Below, one piece after another: positions 27,335 through 41,436 of a DNA stretch of 64,000 bases. A model generated the notes under the pieces. That model did no database searches and was not told where the DNA came from. It worked only from the letters and a program-made list of their open reading frames with translations. Source of the stretch: Leucoraja ocellata (Eukaryota); NCBI GenBank assembly GCA_036785375.1, contig JAWMAR010000134.1, positions 1,302,001 to 1,366,000 on the forward strand. The letters are read 5' to 3'. A program made the translations under genes and the position numbers. Every line of letters begins with the position of its first letter. The first letter of the stretch is position 1.

Positions 27335-28549
27335 ATTTAATATTACGAACGGAGATGAACATGGAGTTCAATATTGAATGGAATGGAATACTTTATTGTC
27401 ACATGTGACAAGGCACAGTGAAATTCCATGAAATATTAAACTGTTGACAGAAAGTACAAGTTAATTCCTTCAATAGTTTTCTATATTTCTGTGAAATGGT
27501 CAACAGATATCTTGGTATGTATTTATTCTCCACTGCAGCCCTGCAGAATAAGTCACAGACAGCACTTTGCATTTGTGACTAGAAATTGGCACAGGCTCTG
27601 AAACATATAAAGTACAACTAGATTGCTCAGGCTACAATTCAACAAGTATTTTCAGAAATATTAAAATTTCTGCACCTTTCCACCAATACTGAAGAAAAAA
27701 CATAGCTCCATTTAGTCATCGTATGAATTAGTCACAACTAACACACGCGCACAGAATAAGACTAAAATAAACAAAATAGGAATAATGCAGAATGGGTTAA
27801 ACTTGGTATTTTTAATGAGAAAAATAAAGTGCAAATAAAATTGCTAATGGTACAGGCATTTAACAGATCCACAGCCTTCACAAAGCCCAAAATTCATACT
27901 GATTTTATTCACATTTCTGGGCAAGGGAAAGAATAAATGGAGTCTGATCAATTATTCTTCTCTTTCTTCCAGCTTTTAAGTTTGGTCCATCATAATATTT
28001 TCTCTTCATACGTGAAAGGAAAGCATGCTTGCTACACTCGCAATCCACCTCTTTATTGCTTATACAAGTTACTCCAGCAGTTCTGTCTTCTTATGTTTCA
28101 TGACCTTTGTCTTCACCTCTTCCAGAGGTTGCAAGCATTTACAATCCAAATCACCTAACAACTGCTTGGTGGTTTAAGTGATCTTTCTTCTATATGTTTA
28201 ACCAACCCAGGTAGGGTCTGCATCATAGGCCCTGGTATTTCCTTTGGTTTCTCTCAATAGATATTTATTTTTTCTAAATGTAGAATCCAAAATAACACTG
28301 TTAAACTGAAGGTTTAAAAAAAATAGTACATTTGAAAAATGCAAAGCTCTAAAATCTTTCCTTTCATTCCAAGATTGTCTCTTTTGAAAAAAAAGTTTCA
28401 GCTCTCAATTCATGTCTAAGTCTGGGCTATGAGCCATATTAGAGTAGTCAAAATAATATTGGCCCCTCAAAGGAAGAGATTGTGATGATTATTGAATTAT
28501 GGAAAAGAATACAGTGGAATATCAAGAATAAAATCCCAACGTTGATACA

Positions 28550-29085
28550 AGGTTGAGATCGACCAATTGGTGCCTACACAACAACCTGGCTCTCAACACC
28601 AGCAAAACCAAGGAACTGATTGTGGACTTTGGAAGGGGTAGGATAGGGACCCACAATCCCGTTTATATCAACGGGACAATGGTTGAAACAGCCTCCGCTT
28701 CCTGTTCTGTGGGCAACTCTGGCTTGGCCGCCTGCCAACCTCACCCGCCCCCTGTACCGCGAGCCCAACTCCATCGAGGTCCAGGTCCATGTGTGCTTCG
28801 GCCGCCTACAGCCAGGGCCGGGCAGAGTATGAGATCCAGGCCAAGTTCCAACCCTGGTGTTGCTCTACTCTGGATAGGTGCTGGGATAGGGAATGGGAGT
28901 GAGGGGAGGAGGATGAGGAAAATGAGGTGGAGGGAGATGGGGTGGGGGACGCAGCGCCAAGATATATGCGCGTGTCTGTGTATACACACACACTGAACTT
29001 TTTTTTCTCATTTATTCTACTGTTTACAGTGTACTATGTTTACATATTCTGTTGTGCTGCTGTAAGTAAGAATTTCATTGTCCTC
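28550..29085 (+). mobile_element. Rex1/Babar fragment joined to a GC-rich segment and 3' tail
   Basis: [23 protein letters not shown]; tail gctgctgtaagtaagaatttcattgt. Confidence 0.8.
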
Positions 29086-29729
29086 TTGATTCATTGAAGA
29101 AAAGCTCCGGCACACACTCCTGAGCTGTAACCTTCTCTGATTTTAAGTTTCTATATGACAGAAGTTCCTTATCTTACAAATCTCTTGAGCTTCCAGCTGC
29201 AGAGACCTTAAAATGCTGGCATTTTTTTTGGTAATGGGACCACCTTGCCAGATTTAAAAGACCAGACCTCTTTGTTGTTCTTGTTGTTCCACGCAGCTAC
29301 CCCAATGCAAGCTCACAGATGATCACTAGGCAACTCAGCAGCTGCATAGCTTAGCTCCCAGATGAACTTCTTCATCTCCTGAGAAGGGATCCATTCTCGG
29401 TGCTCCTCTAACTACATTCTTTTTGTTAAAAAAGCCTCTAGCTCTATAGTTAATTGGTTGCAAGTCTCAAATGAAATTTTTATAGTTACTTAATTTTTCA
29501 TCTGTCAGGCGTACCGCAAACCTGAAGTATCTAATAAGAATATCACAATTACTCATTTCACAGTCTGTGCTGTCTACTGGATCCATTAGTGAATCCACTG
29601 AGAGTCATTTTACTGTTCACCAAAAGATGTTTTAAAAAGGCTGTCTACCAATTGTCACAATTGCCAGCAAGTCAAACACTTGTACAAACCTATCTCCATC
29701 CACTCTCTGATTAAAGTCTTATGAACTAG

Positions 29730-30335
29730 ATTGCCCGATGTTCACGCCCTCTCGCCTGGATGATTGAAGCTCCGGTGTTGGAACAGAAGAAGTACATTCA
29801 GCGGCTTGGAGTTTCTGAATTGGCCACTTCTTACCGGAGACCACGGCTCCCGAAGTCCACAGGCCGAGCTGCGCGGAGATTCAACACTGGCGACTATTGG
29901 CCCATGGTTTAGAAGCTCCGTAAACCACAGCTCTACGGTGTTCAAGTCAACAGGCCCAACACTCCGGAGCTCCAAAACAGCGATCCCCGGTAAGGCATCG
30001 TTCTGCTCCATGATTGTAGCAAGTCAAGACATTTGGCTGTCCATAGCGGCGACTGCGGAGGGTTTTATGGTCCCTACCATGGGTGAACAAGGAGGAGAAT
30101 TGACTGAACTTTGTGCCTTCCACCACAGTGAAGAATGCTATGGTGGATGTAAATTGACAAAGAAAATTGACTATTGGCCAGGAAGTGACTGGGAAACGGT
30201 TTCCCCTATCCCCTGCCCCCATAAAAAAGACTAGGAAACCTTTAAAAACATACTTTTAGGCACACTAAAAATAACAAAAAGGATGAAAGGACACACAGCT
30301 GCTGGCGAGGCTGCCACACTCAATGGCGCCACCCG
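29730..30335. mobile_element. CpG-rich retroelement, same family as 20060-20645, apparently with an inverted terminal piece
   Basis: Shared 3' block at 30090-30150. The 30150-30335 piece begins GGTGGCGCC on the minus strand. Confidence 0.55.
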
Positions 30336-30402
30336 ATTACCACTTTCCTGTTGATGTGCTTTCCTTTGCAGTTGAGTGTGACTTAGCTTAATTGCCTCAA
30401 AT

Positions 30403-30605
30403 GGAGACACAAGGGACTGCAGATGTTGAAAGAACTTAAAGCAGCATCAGTGGAGGGAAGTGGACAAGCAACATCTTGGGTCAGGACCTTTCTTCAGACT
30501 TCTATCGTCTGTCCATTTCTGAAGAAGTGTTCTGACCCCAAGCATTGTCTGTCCATTTCCCTCCAAAGATGCTCCTCGATTCGCTGAGTCTCTCCAGCAG
30601 TTTCA
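30403..30605. mobile_element. Palindromic Penelope-type terminal-repeat insertion with 15-bp TSD
   Basis: Flanked by ttaattgcctcaaat (30388-30402) and ttaattgccccaaat (30606-30620). Inverted arms around tcttcag...ctgaagaa. Confidence 0.8.
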
Positions 30606-30772
30606 TTAATTGCCCCAAATTTGTGTTAGCCTCGGTTTTATCTACTCAGTATTTTCCCTGCCATCATATTTTCCTCTGCAATCTCCAATTAGACCACTTC
30701 TAACTAGGTAGATCTTTTGCTACTTTTAACTGCCTTTCAGCCACATTTTCTAAATTGAGCTTTTGTCAAATT

Positions 30773-31400
30773 CAGTGCTTCTTAAACTGGTGAATGGTTC
30801 ATCCAAGGGTGAATGAAATTATTTTGGGGTGAATGAAAGCCGAGGGGTGAATGAAGGGTGAATGACTTCATTTATTCCGATATTTATATATTTTAGTGCT
30901 ATGCTTAAAAAAGGCATTGCCATTAAAATGGTTAGTAAGCTCTCTACCTATGATGTTCTAATTTCAGTTGCAGTATATTGTCCAAATTCACTGTAATATT
31001 AACTTTTAGGGAAGACCATGGTTTTTTGAGCTAGTTTTTCAAGAAAAAAAACTGCAGTAATCAAAGCCCGATGGTCGGATGGGGCTGTAGCCTAGTGTTT
31101 AGACGGTGGACTGTTTTTTCAATCATTCTAATCGAATATTTTCCAAAACCAGTGGTATTTAAACTTTTTTTTTTTCACTCCTAGTTTTCTTTACATATTT
31201 TTAGGATGTTCAAAAAGGTGAATAAAATAAGCACTTAAGAAATTAGTTAATTTATGTTCTTTTGCTCATGTGACAAAATAAATTATATATAAAATTATAC
31301 ACGAGGGAGAATAAGATGAATATTACCCAAAAAAATAAGAAATTTAGTTGAGGATAAATGAAATTTTGTGATAAAGACTCAAGGGTGAATGACACCCAAA
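30773..31400. mobile_element. hAT/Charlie-like non-autonomous DNA transposon remnant
   Basis: Begins CAGTGCTTCTTAAACT (hAT-type TIR) with repeated subterminal GGGTGAATGA motifs at 30807-30865 and 31383. Right TIR not found. Confidence 0.5.
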
Positions 31401-31869
31401 CAAAACAATTATACTCAGAAACTCGAGTATAACAGTAGAGCTGACTTGTTCATGGTGCTGCAGCAGCATTTCTAACATTCCTGTGTATGTTTTGACATCA
31501 ATTTACAAAAGGCTTACACTGGAATCACTCCACTCTCCTGGAAGTAGCTATGCATTTATCTGGCAAATCTGCAGTCATTGTTGTTGATGAAAAGCAACAG
31601 GACACTGAATATTTAAAACTAATAAAAGGGACATCAGTTAGGTTCTGAGGGGCTTCTGGGTTTATTTTCAATAAAACATTAACGTGAACTGACAAGGTTT
31701 GTAAATTGTTAAGATATGAACGAGTTGATCGAGTTGACAGACACTGTGCATGTCAGTACTGCAAAATAAAAGAGTTAATATTCCTCCAGGGGTTACCAAT
31801 CTATTGTTTAGGACAAACGAGAATAGTGTAATTGGCACCAAAAATAAGCTTCCATCAGAGCAGTGATGG

Positions 31870-33430
31870 AAAGTTAAGAGTTATACAGGATAGAAACAGG
31901 TCCTTCAGCCAACCATTTCAATGCTGACTAATTTACACTAATCCCATTTTCCAGCCTGTAACCTCCAATGCTTGTCGATTTTAAGTCGTTTTCTAGATAT
32001 TAGACACTAGAGTCTCTGCCTCCATCTCTCCCTCTGGTAGAGTGTTCCAGATTGCAAACTCGAGGTGATAAAAATCTCCTTCAGATCCCTTCTAAACCTC
32101 TTGCGTCTTACTTCAAACCTTCATCCTCTTGTTTTTGACACGTCTGCTATGGGGAAATATTTCTTACTATCAACTGTATAATAATAATAATAATAATAAT
32201 ATATTTTATTGTCATTGCACATAAGAGCAACGAGATTTGGTATGCAGCTTCCATCCGATGTCATAACATAAATAACTAATACAATTTAGATTTAGATACC
32301 TCGAGAACATGGATTGTATCAATGCCCCTCCATAATATTCCGTACAATCAGGGACTAACCCCCCCCCCCCGTCTCTAATGCTCCAAGGAAATCGAAGCTT
32401 TCAATCTCTCCTGTGACTGAAACCCCAAACAACATCCGAGTGAATCTCTTCTGCACCATCACCAATATAATCTAAAGTACAGCAACTAACATTGCACACA
32501 GCACTCCAATTGTGGCCTTCTAATTGTTTTAAATCAGGTTGCCAATAACGTCTTCACACTGATATTCTATATCCCAGGCAAGTATCCCATATGTCTCCTC
32601 AACCACTGTATCTGCCTTGGCTATCACCTTTAAATAAAAAATTGGATTTGTGTACTAAGATCCCTCTCTTCCTCAATGCTCCCTAGGGCCTTCACCATTC
32701 ACTGTACGTGTCCTTGCATCAATGGTCCTCTGAAAATAAATCACCTCATACACCATGGTCATGATTAAATCTCATCTACCATTGCTCTGTCCCCTTTACC
32801 AACTATCCTGTAGATAAAGACTACCCTACTCAACAATGCCAATGTTTGTGTCATGTGCAACTTAATATCTTCTACATTTATATTCAAATCATTTTTTTCC
32901 CCCTTACAAGCTTAAGAGGTTTATCACCAATCCCTGTAGTACACCACTGGTCACAGGTTTCCAATCATAAAAGCAATCCATACCATCACCCTCTGCCACC
33001 TACCTATTACGCAGTCAATTTTGTAACCATTTGCCAACTTGCCCTACATCCCCTAGGCTCTAACCTTTTGGATCAGAATTCCATGTGGGACCTTGACAAA
33101 GGCTTATTGAAATCAAAGTCGATTACTTCAACTGCACTGCCATAATCAATGCACTTTGTAACCTTTAAGAAAAATTAAATCAAATTGGTCACTCAGGACC
33201 TAGGTTAACAAAGCAATACAGTCATACAGCATGGAAACGGCCCTGAGGCCCAACATGCCCATGACGACCAAGATGCCCCATCCAAGCGAGTCCCATTCAC
33301 CCCCATTTGGCTCATATATACCTCTAAACCTTTCCTATTCGTGTACATGTCTAAGTGCAAGTTTTAAATGCTGTTATAGTACGTCAACTACTTCCTTTGG
33401 CAGCTTGTTCCATATACCCACATATACCCG
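31870..33430 (-). mobile_element. Old CR1 fragment with nested tails, including an (ATA)n-tailed insert at ~32180-32310 and a CR1 tail at 33215-33430
   Basis: gtgggaccttgacaaaggcttattgaaatc is the reverse of DFNKPLSRSH (decayed DFSKAFDKVPH). CR1 tails with acagcatggaaac.g.ccct. Confidence 0.7.
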
Positions 33431-34034
33431 AGTGAATTTTTTTTTGATAAATTACTTAATTAGGCATAGTGTAATGAGCAATAAAAAGTTTCAACTTTAC
33501 AATGTCTTTATTAAAAAAGGATGGAGATCGAAAAGTGCTGGAGCAAGAAGTTGCTGAATTATCTTGATAATATGATGAAGTGGTAGGTTTGAAATAACTG
33601 ACAATATTATGTTTAAAGAAAAGAAAAGATTTGCCATCAGTCATGCAGTATTATTTTTGGAATGTAAGGCACGAAAGGTCAACTCTTCTTCCAGACCATG
33701 CACATTTACTATAGTAGTGGTCACGCCTTATACAATTTCTAGTGCAATGATTCTACAAAACCTTTCTCTGATCCTCAAAATTGGAAATCAACCAAACTTC
33801 CTTAATATTGACATTCTTACTTCCTCTGTCCCAGTGGTTCCAGAACCATGTATTTATTTACTCACTAATTACAACATAGAAGGTGACCATTCAGTCCATC
33901 AAATCCTCGAGTGCATCAAAAGCTCGAGTCAACGCCAGCTCCCAGCAGCGCAATCTTATCAATGCTTTTCCCTTTGTTCTTATTTCCCAGAAGCCCGAAA
34001 ATGTATTTCCTCTTACATGCCCATCAATTCTCCT

Positions 34035-34392
34035 TAAAGCAGACACTGATAGGTTCTTGATTGGTAAGGGTGTCAAAGATTATGGGGAAAAGGCAAGAGA
34101 ATATGGCTGAGAGGGGAAAATAGATCAGCCATGATCAAATGAAAGAGCAGACTCGGTGGGCCGAATGGCCTAATTCTGCTCCTATATCCTATGGTGTTTG
34201 GTTACTTTTATTTATGTACATTAAATGATAATTTATTGAAGCCAATTAACCTACCATCATTTCGTAGGGATTCGGGATCAAACTGGCACACCCCACATAA
34301 ACCATGCAGTCACAGGGAAAATGTGAAAACTCTGCACAAACAACACCCAAGGAGCTGCAAGGAACAGGAGTAGCTCTGCATCACAGTACTGC
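34035..34392. mobile_element. CR1 3' tail (+) abutting a V-SINE fragment (-)
   Basis: Matches 8280-8425, and gcagtcacagggaaaatgtgaaaactc matches the SINE core. Confidence 0.7.
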
Positions 34393-37300
34393 TCAAAATA
34401 TTTTGCACGTTCTATCTTCTAAGCTCCAAATACATGTTTTATATAATTTCTATTACATGTGTACTCAATTTCCCTCTGCTTTAGTTATTTGATCAAAACT
34501 GATGCAGCTGGTCAACACGGCTGATGCCAAAATCGTGGTGATCTTTTTTGTGGCTTTCGATCTTCAGACAGTTTAAAAGTGACTGAGATATTAATACATA
34601 ACTGGCTTGTAGATAGGAAACAGGGAGCATATTGGTACGAGGATGATATCATGGTATTTAATGATATAATTCAATGAAGAAATTGAGTGTAAAGTACACA
34701 TTTAAAATGAGCATTTTAATGTAGGATTTGGAATTGAAATAAATGGTGAATGAACAATGATAGGAAGAAGAGAGGGGTTCCAAGACAAGTTTGTGTCAGT
34801 TGGAATTTATTGCTGTGAAGTGGTGAGTGATACATTTTGAGAAAATAGAGGCAATGCAATCGAAAGGCTGCAAATCTAAGGTCAAAACATAATTGCTTGT
34901 AATATCTGCATTAATTTTATTTAAATTGGTGTTTGTATTGCAGAAATTGATTGAAAATATAGTCACACGAGTTGGGATTTGTTCCAAAAAAGTAGTCAAA
35001 CTTTCAGCATAGTTCAACAATGGAAAGGGAAAGATCTCAGATGCTCACCCTGACATGTTAATGCGAAACGCTATTCAAATCTCATGACATAGGTTGGATA
35101 TTTCTTCCGAAATTTTTGTGTAATTCATTGAAAATAATTGCTTTTCATCAAGTTGCCTTCCCTGCACAAAGATAGCTCATTAGACGGGGAAATTACTTCT
35201 TGGAGTTTGCTGTTTTTACTGAAAAATAGATTCTCACATAGGATCATTTAATGTGCCTTGTCCTTTTCTAATAAAAGCACTTCATCTCTAGAAATGAGTT
35301 GACAGGTGCAATGGAGTGAAAGTGAAAACGTCTTTGTGTATGCACAGCTTATTGCTGCTGGAAGCGAATTGTTTCACATGACTGTCTACCAAGCAGATAA
35401 TATTGCTTTAAATCACAAATGTTGTTCTTTTAGAATTAAGGGATCCAGTTTTATTCATTTAAATTGTGCATAGAAATATATATTAAAATAATAAATATGA
35501 GCTAACCAGATGCTTGCAAAGAGATATTTATTCATTGAATATCATTTTGAAACTTGTATATGGTAATTGCTCATTAATGTTGAATCAGGAGCATATATTT
35601 ATAAACCTAAAGCAGTTATGCATTTTGAATCAACTGTTAGTGCTACAGCTTATAAATCTCAAATTAACTTTTTAAAGAACAAGCCAAAGACACAACTACT
35701 GACCAACTTTGACATGGTGCTAAGCGCTGCCCTGATTTAGCCAGTGTTAAAATATTAAATGTTCTGATTTAGCATTTCAAAGCTCTTAAGAACCAAACTG
35801 TTAAAAAACTAATTTCAAAAATCAAGAAAAATATCTATAATTTAAATAATTCAAGCAATCTAAAAATAATAACAACATCCGTGTTAACTGTTCTTCATGG
35901 AAAATAGTTCCACTTCATAATTCTACTACTGGGCTCCAAGAATTGTTTTGAAAAATGTGAATAGTGATCAAGTTTGAGATATCCATATTTGCTGGCTTGC
36001 ATCAAACTGATGGCACAAAATGTTGCCTTTTGAAAGTAAAGTGTATTCAACTGTATGTAAAATACCTTTTTCATTTGTGCTTGGAGGAACAAATTAATAA
36101 ATGCTGACATGAGCACACAATGTTATTATTAACATTAAAAATCAGTTTTAAAATTCTTTGGAGCTGCTCTCTCCAATTTACTAAGGAAAGCAATATTTTT
36201 GCAATGGGATATTGATTTGGCGAATCCAATTTTAATCCTAATTCAGATTACATCCCCTATTACTGGTGCAACTTTTGGGAATTCTCACCAGTACTCGTGT
36301 TCATTAGTTATCCTTCTATCCTCAAGTAAAGTAGCAAATTCCAGTGGAATGCCAAATGCTTGAAATTATAAATTGATTGAAGTTTAAACTCATCAATCTT
36401 GTTATATCCAAGATTGTTCCCTGAAGTAATCGTAATCCCACCAATACAAAATACCTCTGAATTAAAATTGTGAGGAGAGAAGAAAATAAATATCCCTTGC
36501 ATCTTGCCCAAAAAAAAACTTGGTTAATCAATTGTTATTTCATATACCTGGAAATAGCCTTGCAAAGTATTTTCATGAATTCTCATTTGATCATTGTCTG
36601 ACCTAATCAAGCATATCCAAAGATTTGCATCACCAATATTGCACAGTATTTACATATCACCCAAAATGTAGCGAAGCAGCCCAAGAACAAATGCTATCCA
36701 ACATTTGTGAATAATTTAGTGAAATCAATTGAAAGCATGATGAAGGAATTTGGTTTTGAACCGGTATTTCTAAATATGCAGAAAGTAATTAAGTTAGAAG
36801 AGGTTTAGAAGAATTCCAAGATAAAGGGAAAAAATGGCTGAAGGCGTTCAGTAAATTTAGAGGTAGGAGATATAGAAAGTATTTTTTCATATATTTTTGA
36901 ATTGCTGACTGCATTACACACAAATTACAGTTATTTTAAAAGTCATTCCTTGAGATGGAAATTATCTACAACATTTGTTATGATGCCTGTAAAAATATTG
37001 GCTAAAAATGACTCAGTGTAACTGACAGATTCCTGGGAGCTACATTACTAGAGGCTGTGAATTTAATTCATCCAAGTTTAAATAATAATCATTATCATTC
37101 ATGGTACAGTTTAGAAAGCTGCAAGGTAACCTCTTCCTTAGCTGTCTACCTTGTTCATCAAAATCTAGCCCGCCCTTTGTTAGCTCTCGTTATGGTATAT
37201 TCTATGTCTTCTGTCTGTTCCAGGTCTCCTCTGATGAGACTCTTCCCACAACTGCAAGTTTTGCTTCAGCTGTTATAATGGAACATAATTTTATTAATTA

Positions 37301-38019
37301 AAGGAGGAAAATGGGTGAGGGATTAAAAAGTTGGTCTGAATGTTGTTGGTTAGTATTAGAGGGAAATCTGCGTGTTACAGCAGACATGGTTCAAGGCTGG
37401 TTACACATTTGTTGACTACTTTTATTGAAAAAAGCCCTTTTCATTTTCAGTGTAATTCTACAATACAAGCGCTAATTTAAGTAAAATTAAAGCAGGTATT
37501 TATAATCAATGATGCTTTAACATTTGCGAGCTTGAAATAAAAGCTGGAATACCGTATTGTACAGAAACATATATGGCATAAGGTGCCTTTCCCATTGCCA
37601 ATAAAATTACCTATCGCATTCACTAAACAAAATATTCAGCATTTTACTGTTAAAATGACTTCATTCTTCATGAATTTACAAGAATGATCAGAAAATTTGT
37701 ATGATTTGTATGTTACAAATATTTATTTAGTTTTATACATTAAAAAAAACATTAATGCTCAGTTATTATGACAAATATTATGGATTTCTGCAGAGCAAAA
37801 ACAGCAACAATCAGCCAATGACTTTAAAGTTACTATTACAATACATTAAAGCATAATGGTTTTCCAAGTGCCTCCATGATCACCTTGAAATTAAAATATT
37901 TTGATATTCAAGCCCAGGGAAAACAGTTAAGTTCAAGGAAGTTGTTTGGTTTTGGTTTATTTAGAGTGGGAGAATGCCTGATCCTGTGTGGATTGTGGTA
38001 CAGAAAATATAGCGATTGA

Positions 38020-40725
38020 AAGCAAGGCTGTTTGTTCATCGACTACAACTCGGCATTCAATACCACCTTCTCTTCCAAACTCATTGTCAAAGGATCTGTG
38101 ACCATTTTGAGTTGGCATCAAGAATCAGAGTAAACTGCAGGAAGAACAAGGCCATGCTCTTTGGCATCGTCCATCCCCTTTTCCGTCAGGTCTGACTAAC
38201 TGAAGGTGCTGGGGATCTGGTTCACAGGGGCCGAGGTGTGCAACAAAATTTGACTGGAGCGGATAGCCAAAGTCAAACAAAAATTGGGACTGTGAAAGCA
38301 GCATTGCTTCTAATAACTGGTTAAAAGATTGGTTATCGGGTGTGAGCTGCTCTCAGGGCTGCTGTACTTGGCGTAGGTGCAGCTCGTCTCCCGCTCCTCT
38401 GCCTTGATGAACACCTGGGCCGTCTTTCAATGTATCTGGGGAAGAAAGTTGGATCTGGTTCAAATACTAAAGGCATACCTTGAAAGCAAGAGAGGCAAAG
38501 TTTAAAGGAGATGTGTGGGGCAGGTTTTAATTTAAACACACAGAGGGTGATGAGTGCCTAGATCACGCTGCCTGATGTGGTAGTTGAAGCAGATACGTAA
38601 GTGGCATTTAAGACACTTTTGTATAGGCATGTGGATATGCAGCGAATGGAGGGATATGAGTTACTTGCAGGTAGGTAAGTGACAGTCTTGGCATCATGTT
38701 CAGCAAAGACATTGTGAGTTAAAGGCCCTGAACTTGTGCTGTTCTGTTCTATGCTCTATCGTCCGACGGGACCATAGAATGCACATTCACAGACAAAGTG
38801 GGCAAAGTGGTTAGCACAGAACATCCTGCAGGCTCTGCGGGACAAGGACTCGACAGATTTGATGCGGAGGTTCCCCGAGTAGACTGCCCAGTTTTTCTAG
38901 CAAAATGCCTCATCACCAGAGCTCGCCAACGACCAAGATATTGCTTGGTTGGTAGTGAGAGGAGCCCTCCCAGTTATAGTATTACTGACTTGGCACACTA
39001 CCCTTGGGATGGTTGCTATGGAGAAGAGATGATCTCCCACCTCTTCGCAGAGCGTGGATTTGTGAAGTGATTATGGAGAAGGACGTGCAAGGGTCCTTGT
39101 CACGGTTTATTCCTCCAGAGGACTTATGGCCTGTTCCCAGCCAATACTTGGAGATGGACATCAAGTGCTGCTGAAAGACCATCAACTCAGTGGAAGACGC
39201 TCTTTGGTCTGTACAAAACTTGTTGGCCTTCCAGCACAGCGAGATGTTTGTCAAGGAATGTTGCCAGCTAACCAATACTGGACTACAGGAATACATGCTG
39301 AAAGAAGCATTGATGTTTGGGTAGCCAACACAATGGCACTGTGCAGGAATGCCACAATCTCAGATCCTTTAGCTGCCAGATATTGAGAGGGGGAGAGTGT
39401 TGGGGGAACCTCTCAAACAAGAAATGGGATATCTGCTCAGAGGGCTAAGAGTGGCAAGAGTGTTTTCATTAAAGATAGGTGCGAACATTACTGAGTATGA
39501 CACTGAGAATATATGAAGAGGTTTTTTGCAGCTTTTTTGTGCAGTATATTTTTTATTTTGAATTTTTTTAATTAAAAAAAAATCTCATTGTCAAGGAAAC
39601 TGCATCTCTGCTCCTCCCAATGCAACTGGTTTCTTGACTTTTACATTGGCAGATATAATCAGTACTGTTTGGCAACAACACCACTTACTCGCTAACCATC
39701 AGTACAGGAGCACCCCAAGGCTGTTTGCTCGGTCCCCTGCTCTACTCTCTATACCCAGAACTGTGCCACTTAAATACGAGACCAACATCATTTTTAAATT
39801 AGCTGACAATCCCACCATTGTTGGACGGATTTCGATGAGTCAAGCACAGGAGGGAGATCGATAATCTAGTTGAGTGGTACCATAACAACGATCTTGCTCT
39901 TAACATTAGCAAGACCATGGTGCTGATTGTCGACTTCAGGAAGGGAAAGCTGAGACACAATGCAGCTATCTTCATGGGCAGACGGCAGTGGAAAGAATCA
40001 AAAGTTAGGTTCTTGCGAGTACACATCCCTGATGATCTGGCTTAGGCGCAGCACATCAATTCAATCACAAAGAGAGCTCACTAAAACCTCGACTTCCTCA
40101 GATGTTTAAGGTGATTCTGCATGTCACCGAACATAATCCAATTTCTGCAAATGTACAGTTACTAACTGGCTGCATCACGACCTGGTTTGGAAACGTGAAT
40201 GCTCAAATGCAAAGGTGGCTGTAGAAAGTAGTGGGCATTGCCCGATCCATCACGGGTACTGACCTCCCACCCATTGGAAGGGTTGGAAGCTCAGCACCCC
40301 TTAAGATTGCAGCTGATATCATCAAAGACCCACACTACACTGGCAACTCTCTCTCTCTTCTCGCTGGAACCATCAGGAAGAAGATACAAGAGTTTGAGAA
40401 CCACGGCCTTGAGGTTCAAGAATAGTTTCTTCCCATCAACCTTCAGGTTTTTGACAGCAAATATATTAGAGGCTAACAAACTAAATTTGGATTAATCTAC
40501 CGACACAGTCCAGACAACAACATTACCACAGCACGGAACAACTACTGACTTTGCACAACTATGATTGCTTTTTATACTTTGATTTCTTCACCATCGTGGT
40601 CTAATTTACTTAGAATAATTGATAATTTATTACACGTTTATTGTTGTTGCGTCTAATGTATCAAAGTTGCAGCAAGGTAGAATTCCATTGTTCTGGTTCA
40701 TATCCAGTGCATTTGACAAATAAAC
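38020..40725 (+). mobile_element. Rex1/Babar LINE split by a Tx1 insertion
   Basis: 38020-38094 reads RLFVHRLQLGIQ or, frameshifted, FIDYNSAFNT. Resumes at 39584 with GAPQGCLLGPLL and IFKLADNPTIVG. Tail ends tgacaaataaac. Confidence 0.85.
38095..39583 (+). mobile_element. Tx1/L1-clade LINE 3' part with A-rich tail and TSD; contains a CR1 tail at ~38445-38757
   Basis: LKVLGIWF and ERIAKVKQKLGL motifs, decayed zinc knuckle (PWDGCYGEEMISHLFAE), polyA at 39574-39582. TSD ctcattgtcaa at 38080-38090 and 39584-39594. Confidence 0.75.
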
Positions 40726-41436
40726 AAGCGCGTACTTGTTTCTTTTACTCGTTTTTTCCCCTTCAGTGTCCAAACATATCACCTGTGGATGAAATACAGA
40801 GCTGGCAGTACTCCAAGAGCATCTAATATCCAATCTCTCTCCATAAAGCAACAGTGTCCATTCACACTGTACTATGACAAGGTAGGGACTCAAATCAGCA
40901 CTCAAAGATTCTGATATCACAACAAGACTACTTGAAAAGGATAATGTTTCTGGTAAAATAAGAGAAGAAAAAGGCTGATTTCAATCCTTTCCATAAAACA
41001 TGCTCTGGGAACACAATTTCTATGCAACCCTTCCCATGGTGATAACTCATCTCTCCCCTGCTCCTCATTTTCTGAGTGGCTGAATGTTAGGATATATCCA
41101 ATGCAAGGAAAGTAAATCTCCGCAAAGAAAATGTCACCCAATTAATTTTTTTAATGTAATTGGTTTAGTGTCAGAATTAAAAAAACAAATCAAATAAATG
41201 CTTCAATGTCAACATGACTCCTTAATCACAGGGTACAGTAATGACTTGCAGGCAGCAACCTTTTGAATCTATTTACTGTATTGAATTTGTCTTAATGGAT
41301 TGAGACTACTAGTCCCCACTATTTGCAAAGCATAAGTTATCGTACTTATTTTACATGTAGGTGATTTATTGATACAGTGCTTCTTGCTAATGCAAATTTA
41401 TAGATTGGTTTGTCCCCATCACTATATAAATGGTAG

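Noticed and set aside
29764-30234. 156-aa ORF, longest in the window
   Set aside because: Lies within a CpG-rich repeat, has a non-ATG start and no recognisable domain.
33609-34037. 142-aa ORF
   Set aside because: No recognisable motif and overlaps decayed CR1 tails.
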